Below, piece by piece: positions 50,665-60,560 of a DNA stretch of 64,000 nt. Positions within the stretch are counted from its first letter, which is position 1. Each line of letters opens with the position of its first letter. The DNA comes from an uncultured delta proteobacterium (GTDB taxonomy: Bacteria; Desulfobacterota; WTBG01). The position numbers and the translations under genes are program-made. Location: assembly GCA_963793865.1 (NCBI GenBank), contig CAWCBP010000008.1, positions 96,001 through 160,000 of the forward strand, given 5' to 3'. The notes below the pieces were generated by a model. The model worked only from the letters and a program-made list of their open reading frames with translations, did not search any database and was not told where the DNA came from.

Positions 50665-51444
50665 ATGATAACCCTCATTACCGACTTCGGCGACAGGGGT
50701 GGATACGCGGGCATTATGAAGGGTGTTATACTGACCATTAACCCCCGCTGTCCCATTATTGACATCACCCACCACATTGCCCCTCAAAACATAGAAGAAG
50801 CTGCCTTTGTGCTCGGGAGCGCCTATCCTTTTTTCCCGGATGGAACAGTTCACCTGGTGGTGGTGGACCCCGGCGTGGGCGGTCCGAGGAAGCCGATTAT
50901 TGTTGAATGCGAAAGGCACCGCTTCGTCGGTCCCGACAATGGCGTTTTCAGCCTCGTGTTCGAGCGGGAAAGGATTACCGGTGTCCGGGAGATTTCCGCT
51001 GACCACTATGAGCATTCACAAGTGAGCCCCACCTTTCACGGCAGGGACATCTTTGCCCCCGTCGCGGCGCGGCTCAGCCTGGGGACGACTGCCGCTGAGC
51101 TGGGAAGAGAAGTGAGTTCCTGGGTTCGGCTGGACACGCTTGAGCCGGAGATTGCGGAGGGGGTGATTAAGGCCAGGGTGATTTCCGTGGATTACTTCGG
51201 CAATCTGGTAAGCAACCTGTCGCGGGATGATTTCATCCGGCTGGCGGGGTCCAGGCCGTTCCGCATTGCGGTGGGCGGAGCCGTTCTGAAGGGGATTGCC
51301 CGTTCGTACAGCGATGTCCGCGAAGGCGAGGTGCTGGCCCTTTTCGGAAGCTCGGGACTGCTGGAGATCTCCGTCCGGAACGGGGACTGCCGGCAGCAGC
51401 TGCAGGTAACGCGGGGGGCGCCGGTGGAGATAACGCTTCTGTGA
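50665..51444 (+). CDS. SAM hydroxide adenosyltransferase (DUF62 family)
   Basis: ITLITDFG, VVDPGVG, GPDNG, SPTFHGRDIFAP, VDYFGN, LEISV. Confidence 0.92.
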   Translation: MITLITDFGDRGGYAGIMKGVILTINPRCPIIDITHHIAPQNIEEAAFVLGSAYPFFPDGTVHLVVVDPGVGGPRKPIIVECERHRFVGPDNGVFSLVFERERITGVREISADHYEHSQVSPTFHGRDIFAPVAARLSLGTTAAELGREVSSWVRLDTLEPEIAEGVIKARVISVDYFGNLVSNLSRDDFIRLAGSRPFRIAVGGAVLKGIARSYSDVREGEVLALFGSSGLLEISVRNGDCRQQLQVTRGAPVEITLL

Positions 51445-51467
51445 TAACATTTTAATGAAGTTGAGTT

Positions 51468-51495
51468 GTAGGGGCGAGGGGCCGGTCGCCCCTAC
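51468..51495. repeat. GTAG-type REP (family 2)
   Basis: GTAGGGGCGAGGGGCCGGTCGCCCCTAC. Confidence 0.75.
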
Positions 51496-51554
51496 ATTCA
51501 CATAAGACGTGGATACCCAAAGGGGCTTGGTGGTTTAAAATAAAGGAGGACAAC

Positions 51555-51581
51555 AAAAATCTCGCCTGGGGCGAGATTTTT
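51555..51581. terminator. Bidirectional terminator between convergent genes
   Basis: AAAAATCTCGCC-TGG-GGCGAGATTTTT. Confidence 0.7.
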
Positions 51582-51619
51582 GTAATATGGTCAGAATATC
51601 CGCGGCAACACACGGGGAT

Positions 51620-52567
51620 TTATTTTTCAGGCTTTGCCTCTGCGGGCGGCTTTGTCGCCTCGACTATCTTTTTGAGCGCATCTTCGTAAATCACCACGTC
51701 TGTTCTTCCCTTGATGTCCTTGAGCAGCGCCTCTATCGATTCGTTGCGCTTTTTCTGCTCCAGCTTGCTGCTGATCCTGCTGCGCGATTCCTCCAGGCTT
51801 TTGGTTTCCGCCGCCTTTGTTTCAAGCACCTTGATGATTTCGTATCCCTTGCTGGTAAGCACGGGGCTGCTCACCTCGTCCTTCTTCAGTTTCGCGGCCG
51901 CCTCTTCAAAAGCGGCCTCTTTCGATCCCTTTGAAAAAAATCCGATCACCCCGCCCCGGTTCTTTGTCGCGGCATCATCAGAATACTGCTTGGCGAGTTC
52001 GGAAAAATCCTCACCCTTTTTAATCCGGGCACAAATTTCATCAGCCCTGGCCTTTTTCTCCTTCTTCACGCTTTCAGAGGCGTCGGCCGGAACGGCAATC
52101 AGTATGTGGCTTGCCTTCATCCGTTCGGGCACCGCGAATTCACTTTTGTTGGTTTCATAATATGCCTTTATTTCCTGATCGGCGACGGCAATGTTTTTGT
52201 TGACGCTCTGTTCCAGGAGCGCCTGGGTCAATATGCCCTTGGTGAATTCCTCGATCTTGTACTGCACATCCGGATCCTTGTCAATCTTCAGCCGGCGCGC
52301 CTCCTGGGCAAACAGGGTGTTGTCGATTTGCCGCTGGAGCAGATTGTTGATCTGCTCGGAGGAGCTGAACATGGCCTGGTATGAGGGGGGCATCATCTTG
52401 ATTAATTTGCTCAAATCGCCGTAGACGATTTCAGTGCCGCCCACCTTGGCAATCACCGTGGCATCATGGGGGCCGGTTTTGCTCTCCTGCCCCTGCGCCG
52501 CCGGCGCAAGGCATATGAGGGCTAAACCGATGACAGCTATCACTTTGTGAAATACTCGTCCTTGCAT
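51620..52567 (-). CDS. Periplasmic parvulin-type peptidyl-prolyl isomerase
   Basis: Signal peptide, ASHILI, FSELAKQYSDD, GGVIGFF, FEEAA, SSPVLTSKGYEII; AAGGAGG RBS. Confidence 0.9.
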   Translation of the reverse strand: MQGRVFHKVIAVIGLALICLAPAAQGQESKTGPHDATVIAKVGGTEIVYGDLSKLIKMMPPSYQAMFSSSEQINNLLQRQIDNTLFAQEARRLKIDKDPDVQYKIEEFTKGILTQALLEQSVNKNIAVADQEIKAYYETNKSEFAVPERMKASHILIAVPADASESVKKEKKARADEICARIKKGEDFSELAKQYSDDAATKNRGGVIGFFSKGSKEAAFEEAAAKLKKDEVSSPVLTSKGYEIIKVLETKAAETKSLEESRSRISSKLEQKKRNESIEALLKDIKGRTDVVIYEDALKKIVEATKPPAEAKPEK

Positions 52568-52629
52568 GGTAACCTCCTTTTTCGTGTCAGTCCGCATCCT
52601 CTTCCGGTTTCTTTTCCTGAAAGGGAATA

Positions 52630-53502
52630 TCACAGGAGCCGGTAGTTTGCCAGCACTTTCTTAAGCGCAGCCAGGTTTGCCGCTGAGAGCGGAGACAGGG
52701 GAAGGCGCATCTCAGGGTCGATTTTCCCCATCAGCCCCAGGGCGGTTTTCACCGGGATGGGGTTGGTTTCCAGAAACATGGCGTCATGCAGCGGGATCAG
52801 CTCATAATGAATCTCCCGTGATGTGATGTAGTCGCCGGCGGCAAAGGCGTCCCACATGGCGGAGATCCGTTCCGGCACCACGTTGGCGGTAACCGAGATG
52901 ATGCCCCTGCCCCCGGCCGTGAGGATGGCATAGTTGGTAAAGTCATCACCCGAGAACACGTCAAAGTCAGGGCCGCAGAGGCGAATGATATCGCAGACGT
53001 GTCGCAGTGAACCGGTGGCCTCCTTGATGCCCACAACCGTCGGCAGTTCGGCCAGCCGGGCCACCGTTTCAGGCAGCATGTTTACCCCGGTTCGGCCCGG
53101 CACATTATAAAGAATAAGCGGGATGTCCACCTCCGAGGCTATGGCCCGGTAATGCTGGTAGAGGCCCTCCTGGGTGGGACGGTTATAATACGGCGTTATC
53201 AGCAGCGCGCCGTCCGCCCCTGCCGTTTTGGCGCAGCGGGTCAGCTTGATGGCCTCGCAGGTGTTGTTTGATCCCGTGCCGGCAATGACCGGGACCCGGT
53301 GGTTGACCGCCTCCACGCAGATGTCGATGATCCGCTCGTGCTCCTGGTGGGACAGCGTGGCTGACTCGCCGGTGGTGCCGCAGGGGACGATGCCGTCAGT
53401 GCCGCCGGCGATCTGGAATTCAATCAGCTGCACAAAACGCTTCTCGTCAACTGCGCCATCCTTGAAGGGCGTGATGATGGGGATCAGTGAGCCTGAAAAC
53501 AT
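52630..53502 (-). CDS. dapA: 4-hydroxy-tetrahydrodipicolinate synthase
   Basis: GTTGESATL, GTGSNNT, PYYNRP, YNVPGRTG, IKEATG, ETNPIPVK. Confidence 0.97.
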   Translation of the reverse strand: MFSGSLIPIITPFKDGAVDEKRFVQLIEFQIAGGTDGIVPCGTTGESATLSHQEHERIIDICVEAVNHRVPVIAGTGSNNTCEAIKLTRCAKTAGADGALLITPYYNRPTQEGLYQHYRAIASEVDIPLILYNVPGRTGVNMLPETVARLAELPTVVGIKEATGSLRHVCDIIRLCGPDFDVFSGDDFTNYAILTAGGRGIISVTANVVPERISAMWDAFAAGDYITSREIHYELIPLHDAMFLETNPIPVKTALGLMGKIDPEMRLPLSPLSAANLAALKKVLANYRLL

Positions 53503-53525
53503 GGTGTCCTCGTCCTTTCGTACTG

Positions 53526-54347
53526 TTAGATGATGGTGCTGTAAAGCTGCCCCTCGTAGATGAAGTCGGCGCCGCCTTCGAGAAACAGATCCGCCGGCGC
53601 TTCCTGTTTCAGCGCGAAGTGAACGGTAAGGATTTCGCCTCCCCGGGTGACGACCGACAGGGGCGATGCCATGTTCCTGGTAAGGCCGGCGATCAGGGCG
53701 GAAGCGACCGAGCCCGTTCCGCAGGCCAGGGTTTCGTCTTCCACGCCCCTTTCATAGGTCCTTATGGCAATGGTCGAGCCGTCCTTGATGGACACGAAAT
53801 CGGCATTGGTGCCTGCCGGCTTGAAGCGGTCGTGAAAGCGAATCTTCCTGCCCAGCGTCGCTACCGGACAGCCCTCAAGGTCATCAACAAACAGCACCGC
53901 GTGGGGAACCCCGACGGTGATGCTGTTGACGCTGTAGCGCGTGTCATCAATCGTCAGGGGGATGCCGAGGACGGGGCGCGAGGCCGGCGGCAGCTCAAGC
54001 TTTACCCGTTCCCGCCCGACCTCGGCCTTGATGATGCCGGCCAGCGTTTCAAAGCTGAGCGCTGCCGGGGCAATGCCGGCGCGGTGCGCGAAGCGGGCTG
54101 CGCACCTGCCGCCGTTGCCGCACATTTCCGCCTCGCTGCCGTCGGCATTAAAAAATCTCCACTTGAAATCCGCCCGCGGTGAATCCTCGATCAGAATCAG
54201 CCCGTCCGCACCCACCGAGAGCTTGCGCCGGCAGATGCTCCGCGCGATCTCGCCTCCCCGCGCCGCATCCACCACGGAGGCGCGGTTGTCGATCATGATG
54301 AAGTCGTTGCCGGCCGCGCTCATTTTGGTGAAGGGTATCATCTTCAT
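53526..54347 (-). CDS. dapF: Diaminopimelate epimerase
   Basis: GNDF, NADGSEAEMCGNGGRC, GVPH, ERGVEDETLACGTG. Confidence 0.97.
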   Translation of the reverse strand: MKMIPFTKMSAAGNDFIMIDNRASVVDAARGGEIARSICRRKLSVGADGLILIEDSPRADFKWRFFNADGSEAEMCGNGGRCAARFAHRAGIAPAALSFETLAGIIKAEVGRERVKLELPPASRPVLGIPLTIDDTRYSVNSITVGVPHAVLFVDDLEGCPVATLGRKIRFHDRFKPAGTNADFVSIKDGSTIAIRTYERGVEDETLACGTGSVASALIAGLTRNMASPLSVVTRGGEILTVHFALKQEAPADLFLEGGADFIYEGQLYSTII

Positions 54348-54386
54348 GGTTTCTCACTCACAGCAGCCGTCTCAATAAAATTGTCT

Positions 54387-54611
54387 TGAGCGGGGGGCAG
54401 GGGGCGTTTTTAAAGCCGCAACACAATACGTCAGCAGATGTAGAACGGCAGGTGACTTGCGACTTGGGCATTACCAGACCCCATTCCATCGACCTTGATC
54501 GAAGCCGTGGAAGCTGCCTGTCCTCGGCATAATACGTAAGCTTCAGGGGTCGCAACGTAAGCCGCAGAACAAATTGTTGCGGCTTTAAAAACGCCCCCTG
54601 CCCCCCGCTCA
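54387..54611. repeat. Hairpin element A: perfect 37-bp inverted repeat around a conserved ~155-nt core
   Basis: TGAGCGGGGGGCAGGGGGCGTTTTTAAAGCCGCAACA (54387-54423) and exact reverse complement (54575-54611). Confidence 0.85.
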
Positions 54612-54662
54612 TAACTAATGTTTGGAGAGACTCGTGATCATGACTAATGTCTGTATAAACTC

Positions 54663-55922
54663 CTAGCGTAACCACTCCGGGATGGTTTCGCCCCTGATCA
54701 GGTCGTCGTACTGCTCCCGCTTCCTGATCAGGAAGAAGTCCTTGTCGCGGACCATGACTTCCGGAATCCTCGGCCGGGAATTGTAGTTGGAAGACATGGT
54801 AAATCCGTATGCCCCGGCGCTCATGACGGCCAGCAGATCGTCCGGCGCCACCCTGGGGAGCGCCCGGTCCCGGGCCAAAAAGTCGCCCGATTCGCAAATG
54901 GGCCCGACCACGTCGGCCACCATGGTCGCATCGCCTGCAGGCCTGACCACCGGCTGAATGGCCTGAAAGGCGCCGTACAGGCTGGGGCGGATGAGATCGT
55001 TCATGGCCGCATCGACGGTGACAAAGGTTTTCTCGGTTCCTTCCTTGATGTAGAGCACACGGGTGACCAGGATGCCCGCGTTGCCGACAATCACCCGGCC
55101 GGGTTCGAGAATGAGCGTGCAGTCAAATCCTTTCATCTCCTGCATGAGGGCTGAGGCGTACTCGCGGGGATGGGGAGGCTGCTCCCGGTCGTAGGTGATG
55201 CCCAGGCCGCCCCCGACGTCGATGTAGCGTATGGGGATGCCGTGGCCGCGCAGGGTGTGCACCAGCTCCTTTATCTTGGCCAGCGCTTCGACAAAGGGCC
55301 TGCTGTCGGTGATCTGCGAGCCGATGTGGCAGTCGACGCCCACGATCTCCACGTGCTTGAGCTGCTGCGCCCTGCGGTAGTCCTCGATCGCCCGCTTTAT
55401 TTCAATGCCGAACTTGTTTTTTTTCAACCCGGTGGAGATGTAGGGATGGGTTTGGGGATCAATGTGCGGATTCACCCGGATGGCTATGGGGGCCTTTGTG
55501 CCCAGGCGGCCGGCAACCTGATCGATGGCCGTCAATTCCTGGGAGGATTCCAGGTTGAACATCAGTATGCCGTTCTCGAGGGCGTAGGCCAGTTCCGGCG
55601 GCTGCTTGCCCACCCCGGAGAAGACCACCTTGCGGGGGTCCGCGCCCGCGGTAAGGACGCGGAACAGCTCACCGCCCGAGACGATGTCAAAACCTCCCCC
55701 CAGGTTGGCCATCAGCTTCAGCACCGCCAGGTTGGAGTTGGCCTTTACCGAAAAGCAGGTGAGGTGGTCGATGCCCTGAAATGAGTCGTCGAAAACCCTG
55801 AAATGATTTTGGAGCGTATGGGAGCTGTAAAGGTAAAAAGGCGTTCCCACTGCTGCGGCAATGTCCCTGACGGATATGCCTTCGCAGTACAGCTCATCTT
55901 TTCGGTAGTTGAAATCGTGCAT
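54663..55922 (-). CDS. lysA: Diaminopimelate decarboxylase
   Basis: TPFYLYS, SVKANSN, SGGEL, HPYISTG..KFG, HIGSQ, EPGR, GPICESGD, MSSNYNSR. Confidence 0.97.
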   Translation of the reverse strand: MHDFNYRKDELYCEGISVRDIAAAVGTPFYLYSSHTLQNHFRVFDDSFQGIDHLTCFSVKANSNLAVLKLMANLGGGFDIVSGGELFRVLTAGADPRKVVFSGVGKQPPELAYALENGILMFNLESSQELTAIDQVAGRLGTKAPIAIRVNPHIDPQTHPYISTGLKKNKFGIEIKRAIEDYRRAQQLKHVEIVGVDCHIGSQITDSRPFVEALAKIKELVHTLRGHGIPIRYIDVGGGLGITYDREQPPHPREYASALMQEMKGFDCTLILEPGRVIVGNAGILVTRVLYIKEGTEKTFVTVDAAMNDLIRPSLYGAFQAIQPVVRPAGDATMVADVVGPICESGDFLARDRALPRVAPDDLLAVMSAGAYGFTMSSNYNSRPRIPEVMVRDKDFFLIRKREQYDDLIRGETIPEWLR

Positions 55923-55932
55923 GATCTTTCTC

Positions 55933-56022
55933 TAGCAGGTGATGTTGAAAAACACCCATCTGATGTGTGGCTCAAAGGGGGAGGGGCTTTTGACGCCACG
56001 ACAATTTTTCAACAACCTGCTA
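55933..56022. mobile_element. 90-bp MITE-like element (deletion derivative of 61502-61796)
   Basis: Ends TAGCAGGT..TGTTGAAAAA / TTTTTCAACAACCTGCTA; interior nearly identical to 61502-61565. Confidence 0.75.
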
Positions 56023-57093
56023 AAACGTGCAGGTGATGGTGACGCCCTCGGACGGCCGGCTTTCGTTTGAATTGGTGGCGTCATCGAATGCCGTGACCGT
56101 GTAGGTATAGGTTTTGTTTTTTACCGCGGTTGTGTCGGTATAACCGCCTCTCACCAGCGGGGTGCCGTTTAATTTCACTGTCTCCGCCTCGCCTTCCGCC
56201 CGGCGATAGAGGTTGTAGCCCGCGAGGTCCTCTTCCGTGTTTTCATCCCATTTAAGAACCATCCCGCTCGTGGTCGGCACAGCGACCAGGCCCGTGGGGA
56301 CCCGGGGGGGCGTGTGATCGGTGGTGTTGATGGAAATCTCCGCGGAGGCCTCGCTTTCAAGGGCGGTTTCCCTCACCTGCCGGATGGCCCTCAGCGAATA
56401 GATATAGTCGGTGTCCTTCACCACTCCCCTGTCACGGCAGGACAGCTCGGCAAGGGGCTCGCTGTTTATGGGGTTAAAGGAATAGGGTGTGTCGGGCGTT
56501 CGCCGGTACAGGTTGTATGCGACCGGTCCCTCAAATGGCGTTCCGTCCTGAAGCGTGGTTGGCGCTTCCCAGCTTATGACGACCGCCCTTCCCTGGAGTT
56601 TCGCCCGGACCGCTCGGGGAGGCGAGCCCGGCACGTCCCAGAAAATGTCCGGGCTGGTTGCGGGCGGACCCGGACGCCGGTCGGTATTGTAGCATATTAC
56701 CCGGTACGCATAGATGGTCTGAAAGGCAATCGCGCTGTCGCGGTACTCGATGGTGAGGGACCCGGGTTTTTCCATCATGTAGGTTTTATAGTCAATGTCG
56801 TATATGACCAGGAAGCGGTCGGGGCAGTCCCTGCACTCCCGGGAAAAGGCCTGCTCGCTGCGCAGAACGGTAAATCCCGCGAGGTCGGAAAGGGGTGAGC
56901 CGTCGGTGTTTTTCCCCGGTATGGCGAAGCTCAGGGTAATGGCGTTACCCGCGGGGCGGGCGATGAGATCCCTGACCTTGGCCGGCGCTACCGCGACCGG
57001 CGCGGTGGGATCATCCTTCTTGCCGCACCCGCCGGGCAGGACCAGGCAGAGAAACGCAAAACAAAGAAGTACGCTCAGCCCCCGTGGTTTCAC
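56020..57093 (-). CDS. Lipoprotein with fibronectin type III-like domains
   Basis: Lipobox LPGG-C then GKKDDPTAP; SDLAGF, YNLYRR, DLAGYNLYRR, YTYTVTA, NESRPS. Confidence 0.8.
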   Translation of the reverse strand: MKPRGLSVLLCFAFLCLVLPGGCGKKDDPTAPVAVAPAKVRDLIARPAGNAITLSFAIPGKNTDGSPLSDLAGFTVLRSEQAFSRECRDCPDRFLVIYDIDYKTYMMEKPGSLTIEYRDSAIAFQTIYAYRVICYNTDRRPGPPATSPDIFWDVPGSPPRAVRAKLQGRAVVISWEAPTTLQDGTPFEGPVAYNLYRRTPDTPYSFNPINSEPLAELSCRDRGVVKDTDYIYSLRAIRQVRETALESEASAEISINTTDHTPPRVPTGLVAVPTTSGMVLKWDENTEEDLAGYNLYRRAEGEAETVKLNGTPLVRGGYTDTTAVKNKTYTYTVTAFDDATNSNESRPSEGVTITCTF

Positions 57094-57201
57094 ATCATTT
57101 CCTGTTGTGGATATCGGTTGAGCCACTGAACCTCTTCTACAGCATGGTATTCGCAACGAACAGGAGCCTTTCATAAGTAAAGATGTGCTGGACGCACTAC
57201 A

Positions 57202-58407
57202 CTAGCGCCTGGCCTTTAAGAGGCTGTTGATCTTCAGCCGCAGGGCATTGAGCTGAATGAAGCCCTCGGCGAGCCGCTGGTCGTAGACCGTGTCCTCTTC
57301 AAAGGTGGCAAAATCCGGGTGGTACAGGGAGTGCGGCGATTTCCGCCCCGCCACGGTGCAGCTGCCCTTGTAGAGCTTGACCCGCACCACTCCCGTCACC
57401 AACTTCTGGGTTTCATCGATGGTTTTCTGCAGCAGCTCCCGCTCGGGCGCGAACCAGTAGCCGTAGTACACCAGCTCCGCGTAGCGGGTGATCAGGCCCT
57501 CCTTGATGCGCATCACCTCGCGATCGAGGGTGAGCGACTCCAGCGCCCGGTGGGCCGCGTGCAGGATGGTGCCGCCGGGTGTTTCATATACCCCGCGGGA
57601 CTTCATGCCCACGTAGCGGTTTTCCACGATGTCGACCCGGCCGATGCCGTGTATGCCGCCCAGCCGGTTAAGCTGCGCGAGCAGCCGGGCCGGCGAGAGG
57701 GCTTTGCCGTTGATGGCCACGGGGTTGCCCTGCCGGTAGGCGATTTCAAGATAGAGCGGCTTTGCCGGGGCCTTTTCCGGAGAGGAGGTGAGCACGAACA
57801 TGTCTTCAGCCGGCTGCTTCCAGGGATCCTCGAGTATCCCGCCCTCAAAGCTGATGTGGAAGATGTTGCGGTCCGAGCTGTAGGGCTTCTGCGGCGTCAC
57901 CTGTATGGGAATGTTCTGCTCGCGCGCGTAGTTGATGAGCGATTGCCGCGATTTGAAGTGCCAGAGCCTCCAGGGGGCGATAATCTTTATCCTGGGGTTG
58001 AGCGCGAGGTAGGTGAGCTCAAAGCGGACCTGGTCATTGCCCTTGCCGGTCGAGCCGTGGCAGACCGCGTCCGCCTTCTCCCTGCGCGCAACCGCGATCT
58101 GCCGCTTGGCGATGAGCGGCCGGGCGATGGAGGTTCCCAGCAGATAGCTGCCCTCGTATACGGCATTTGCCCGCAGCATGGGGAAGATAAAATCCCGGAC
58201 GAACTCCTCCTTCAGGTCCTCCACGTACACTTTGCTCACCCCGGTCTTAAGCGCCCGTTTTTCCAGGGCGTGAAAGTCATCCTCCTGGCCGAGATCGGCG
58301 GCGAAGGCAATGACCTCGCATCCGTAGGTCTCCATCAGCCACCGGGGAATCACCGACGTGTCCAGCCCGCCTGAGTAGGCCACCACTACCTTTTTTATCT
58401 TTTCCAT
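57202..58407 (-). CDS. argG: Argininosuccinate synthase
   Basis: [38 protein letters not shown]. Confidence 0.97.
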   Translation of the reverse strand: MEKIKKVVVAYSGGLDTSVIPRWLMETYGCEVIAFAADLGQEDDFHALEKRALKTGVSKVYVEDLKEEFVRDFIFPMLRANAVYEGSYLLGTSIARPLIAKRQIAVARREKADAVCHGSTGKGNDQVRFELTYLALNPRIKIIAPWRLWHFKSRQSLINYAREQNIPIQVTPQKPYSSDRNIFHISFEGGILEDPWKQPAEDMFVLTSSPEKAPAKPLYLEIAYRQGNPVAINGKALSPARLLAQLNRLGGIHGIGRVDIVENRYVGMKSRGVYETPGGTILHAAHRALESLTLDREVMRIKEGLITRYAELVYYGYWFAPERELLQKTIDETQKLVTGVVRVKLYKGSCTVAGRKSPHSLYHPDFATFEEDTVYDQRLAEGFIQLNALRLKINSLLKARR

Positions 58408-58423
58408 AGATCCCGTTTCTCCT

Positions 58424-59347
58424 TTAAGCGGTGTAATCGAGAAAGCCTGCCAGTATCGCCTTCTGCATGTGCAGCCGGTTTTCCGCCTGGTCGAAAATGA
58501 CGGCATGGCTGCCGTCGGCCACCTCATCGGTGATTTCTTCTCCGCGGTGGGCGGGAAGGCAGTGCATCACCAGCACATCTTTTTTTGCGGCCTTGAGCAG
58601 CGCGCTGTTGACCTGGTAGTTTTGAAACAGTTCCCGTTTCTGCCGCACCGCGCCCTCTTCCTGGCCCATGCTGACCCAGGTGTCGGTATTGATGATGTCG
58701 GCCTCCCGTACGGCCTGGAAGGGATCGGCGGAAAACTGCACCCGCCCCGGGGCCTCCGCACCGGCCCGGGCCGCGATCTTCCCGTCAGGCTCATGGCCCG
58801 GGGGGCAGGCGATCCTGAGATTGAAGCCGAGCTTGAGGGAGGCCTCTATCCAGGAATTGGCAACATTGTTCCCGTCACCCACGTAGCTGATGTTCAGGTG
58901 CCGGTAGTCGCCTCTTTTTTCCACAATGGTCATGAGGTCGCTCAGTATCTGGCAGGGATGGAGCAGATCGGTGAGGCCGTTGATGACCGGGATGGAAGCA
59001 TGGCGCGCGTAACACTCCAGCGTGTCCTGGGAAAAGGTCCTGATGACCAGGCCGTCCAGGTAGCGGGAGAGCACCCGCGCCGTGTCCTCGGGCGACTCCT
59101 TCCGGCTCAGTTGCGTGTCCCGCGAGCTCATGTAGAGGGCGTGCCCTCCCAGCTGCACCATTCCCACCTCGAAGGAAACGCGGGTCCGGGTTGAGGGCTT
59201 TTCGAACAGCAGGCCCAGGGTTTTTCCCTTGAGAAGCTGGTGGGGAACGCCGGCCTTCTGCTTCTTTTTAAGCTCGATGGCCCGGGAAATCAGCACGTCA
59301 ATGTCGTGCGTGCTTAAGGAATCAATGCTTAAAAGGTCACGTTTCAT
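58424..59347 (-). CDS. argF: Ornithine carbamoyltransferase
   Basis: [32 protein letters not shown]. Confidence 0.97.
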   Translation of the reverse strand: MKRDLLSIDSLSTHDIDVLISRAIELKKKQKAGVPHQLLKGKTLGLLFEKPSTRTRVSFEVGMVQLGGHALYMSSRDTQLSRKESPEDTARVLSRYLDGLVIRTFSQDTLECYARHASIPVINGLTDLLHPCQILSDLMTIVEKRGDYRHLNISYVGDGNNVANSWIEASLKLGFNLRIACPPGHEPDGKIAARAGAEAPGRVQFSADPFQAVREADIINTDTWVSMGQEEGAVRQKRELFQNYQVNSALLKAAKKDVLVMHCLPAHRGEEITDEVADGSHAVIFDQAENRLHMQKAILAGFLDYTA

Positions 59348-59354
59348 CAGTCTG

Positions 59355-60557
59355 TCAGCCCGGTACGGATAAGGATTGATCGAGAACCTTGAGTGCGATA
59401 TCTATCTCCTGTTCGGTGATGGTCAGCGGGGGAATAAAGCGCAGCACCCGGTCCATGGTGCAGTTGAGCAGAACACCCTGATCCATGCAGCGGGTAACCA
59501 CGTCGGCCCCCTCCCGCCCCAGCTCCATTGCCAGGATAAGACCCTTGCCCCTCACGTCCGTAATCACCGCATGCTTTTTCTTAAGCGCGGTGAGCCCGTC
59601 GAAAAAGTATCTGCCCCGCTTCTCACAGGTTTTGAGGAAGCCCTCCTTGAGGAGTATCCCCAGGGTGGCGATCCCCGCGGCGGTTGAGAGCGGATTGCCG
59701 CCGAAGGTGGAGGCGTGGGTGCCCGGAGAAAAGCTCGGGGCGATTTTGTCCGTGCCCAGCATGGCGCCGATGGGTATCCCTCCCCCCAGACCCTTGGCCA
59801 GGGTCATGATGTCCGGCTCGACGCCGTAGTGTTCATAGGCGAAGAGCCTGCCGGTTCTGCCCATGCCCACCTGCACTTCGTCAAAGATGAGCAGCAGGTC
59901 AGCCCGGTCACAGATCCCGCGCACCTGTTTGAGATAGTCCGGCGAGGGGCAGTTGACGCCGCCTTCCCCCTGAATGGGCTCCAGCATCACGGCGCAGGTA
60001 GCCCCGGTGACGGCTTTTTCAAGCGCCCCGGCGTCATTGAAGGGAACATAGCGGAAACCGGGGAGCATCGGTTCAAAGCCGTTATGAAATCGCTTCTGCC
60101 CGGTGGCGGAGAGAGCGGCCATGGTTCTCCCGTGGAAGCTTCCCTCCATGGTAATGATCTCGGACCGGCCGGCATTCCCCCGGTCATGGGAGTACTTGCG
60201 GGCCAGCTTGATGGCGGCTTCGTTGGCCTCCGCCCCGCTGTTGCAGAAAAACACCTTGTCGGCGAAGGAGTTGTTCACCAGCAGCTCCGCCAGCCCCGCC
60301 TGGGGCTCGCTGTAGAAGAGATTGGAGACCTGCATCAGCGTCTCGCTCTGCCGGTGGATGGCCTCAACCACGCCGGGGTTGAGATGGCCCACGTTGAGCA
60401 CGGCGATGCCCGACACCAGGTCGAGGTACTCCTTGCCGTTGCCGTCCCACACGGTGCTTCCCTTTCCCCGGGTGAGCACGACGGGGGCCCGCCGGTAGGT
60501 GTTGAAGATATACCGGTTTGTCTTGTCAATCACTTCCTGCACGGAGGCTGGACACAT
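59355..60557 (-). CDS. argD: Acetylornithine aminotransferase
   Basis: NSGAEANE, SFHGRT, EPIQGEGG, DEVQ, AKGLGGG, STFGGNP. Confidence 0.95.
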   Translation of the reverse strand: MCPASVQEVIDKTNRYIFNTYRRAPVVLTRGKGSTVWDGNGKEYLDLVSGIAVLNVGHLNPGVVEAIHRQSETLMQVSNLFYSEPQAGLAELLVNNSFADKVFFCNSGAEANEAAIKLARKYSHDRGNAGRSEIITMEGSFHGRTMAALSATGQKRFHNGFEPMLPGFRYVPFNDAGALEKAVTGATCAVMLEPIQGEGGVNCPSPDYLKQVRGICDRADLLLIFDEVQVGMGRTGRLFAYEHYGVEPDIMTLAKGLGGGIPIGAMLGTDKIAPSFSPGTHASTFGGNPLSTAAGIATLGILLKEGFLKTCEKRGRYFFDGLTALKKKHAVITDVRGKGLILAMELGREGADVVTRCMDQGVLLNCTMDRVLRFIPPLTITEQEIDIALKVLDQSLSVPG

Positions 60558-60560
60558 ACG

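Noticed and set aside
50665..51444. Fluorinase/chlorinase partnered with the dehalogenase
   Set aside because: Ordinary DUF62 motifs (FHGRDIF), housekeeping context, and ~48 kb from the dehalogenase.
54358..54897. ORFs across the hairpin elements (also 61475-61717) as a conserved peptide
   Set aside because: Translations of the two cores are not conserved; similarity is at nucleotide/structure level.
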